Virus record (IMG/VR): IMGVR_UViG_3300024252_000004 | Coordinates: 124,001-188,000 of that record | Direction: 5' to 3' (one strand) | Length of the DNA stretch: 64,000 nucleotides | Part shown: piece after piece, positions 63,631 to 64,000 of the stretch | Layout of the letters: each line of letters opens with the position of its first letter | How positions within the stretch are numbered: the first letter of the stretch is position 1 | Notes under the pieces: model-generated | The model's input: the letters and a program-made list of their open reading frames with translations, nothing else | The model's database searches: none | What the model was told of the DNA's origin: nothing | Position numbers and translations under genes: made by a program

Positions 63631-64000
63631 ATGGCAACGAGTTTTACATTCAGAGATAGGGACGGAAAGACCCTGAGCATTAGCCATGATGGTCCTGTGG
63701 ATATCCTACTTACTCCGAAGGTTTGGAGAAGGGACAGAGAGAACTATCGGATGGTTACGGTTCAAACTGTAGTTGATTTTGCAGAAGACCCTGGCCCTGA
63801 AAATGAAGTGTGCTATAGTGAAATTGCTCATGTCACTGGATGGCATGGTAAGGGTTTCATGGTACGCGTCAAGTCAAGAGAAGATGAGTCTGAGCCTGTG
63901 TTTGCATTCCGTTCGTCCAGTAAGGTTTTCTACCTTCAGGACTACGATGATGACTCTACGGCATACTCTGATGCCATGACCTGGGCAACTGAAAAGATTG
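63631..64000 (+). CDS. Hypothetical protein (runs off the window)
   Basis: AAGGAG RBS; frame open to the window end. Confidence 0.7.
   Translation, partial: MATSFTFRDRDGKTLSISHDGPVDILLTPKVWRRDRENYRMVTVQTVVDFAEDPGPENEVCYSEIAHVTGWHGKGFMVRVKSREDESEPVFAFRSSSKVFYLQDYDDDSTAYSDAMTWATEKI

Noticed and set aside
1-64000. Alternative genetic code (TAG or TGA reassigned)
   Set aside because: All three stops end genes at coupled junctions (TGATG, ATGA, TAATG, TAG before a new RBS), and conserved enzymes are full length in code 11

Overview
The window looks like part of a very large (jumbo) bacteriophage genome. It has bacterial-type RBSs and overlapping stop/start codons, uses the standard genetic code, and shows no rRNA or host housekeeping operons. 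It has three parts. (1) 1-17.1 kb is AT-rich and carries virion-like proteins, dUTPase, topoisomerase I, an Fe-S/radical-SAM/NUDIX cluster, an RNase H-like protein, a kinase-like protein, an Fe/Mn-SOD and a leftward block of unknown genes. (2) About 17.1-38 kb begins with a non-coding AT-rich repeat zone. A GC-rich array of about 20 short cassettes follows, each starting from a copy of one promoter-like motif (A.G.AACT(C)ATAGG(A/G)TGTTATA). The spacers between cassettes are built from reused boxes: more than 50 GGGG(A/T)GAAAA boxes, a CTTGWYAAGG near-palindrome, and eight ~37-bp palindromes made of two convergent sigma54 (RpoN) -24/-12 consensus sites. Several cassettes appear to carry large structured non-coding RNAs instead of proteins (about 380, 690, 420, 260 and 790 nt). 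There is also a 91-nt tRNA mimic with two T-arms and a tRNA-Arg(UCU). (3) 38-64 kb is a dense run of accessory genes: two 2OG-Fe(II) oxygenases, OmpA-vWA, rhomboid, PRTase, SprT, UvrD helicase, NMP kinase, GNAT, a J-domain-kinase / vWA / PurA-like trio, a LAGLIDADG endonuclease and an Rnl1-type RNA ligase. The best candidate for an undescribed system is the cassette array, with its twin sigma54 sites and multiple promoter-driven large ncRNAs. All protein calls come from motif recognition by eye; no database searches were run.
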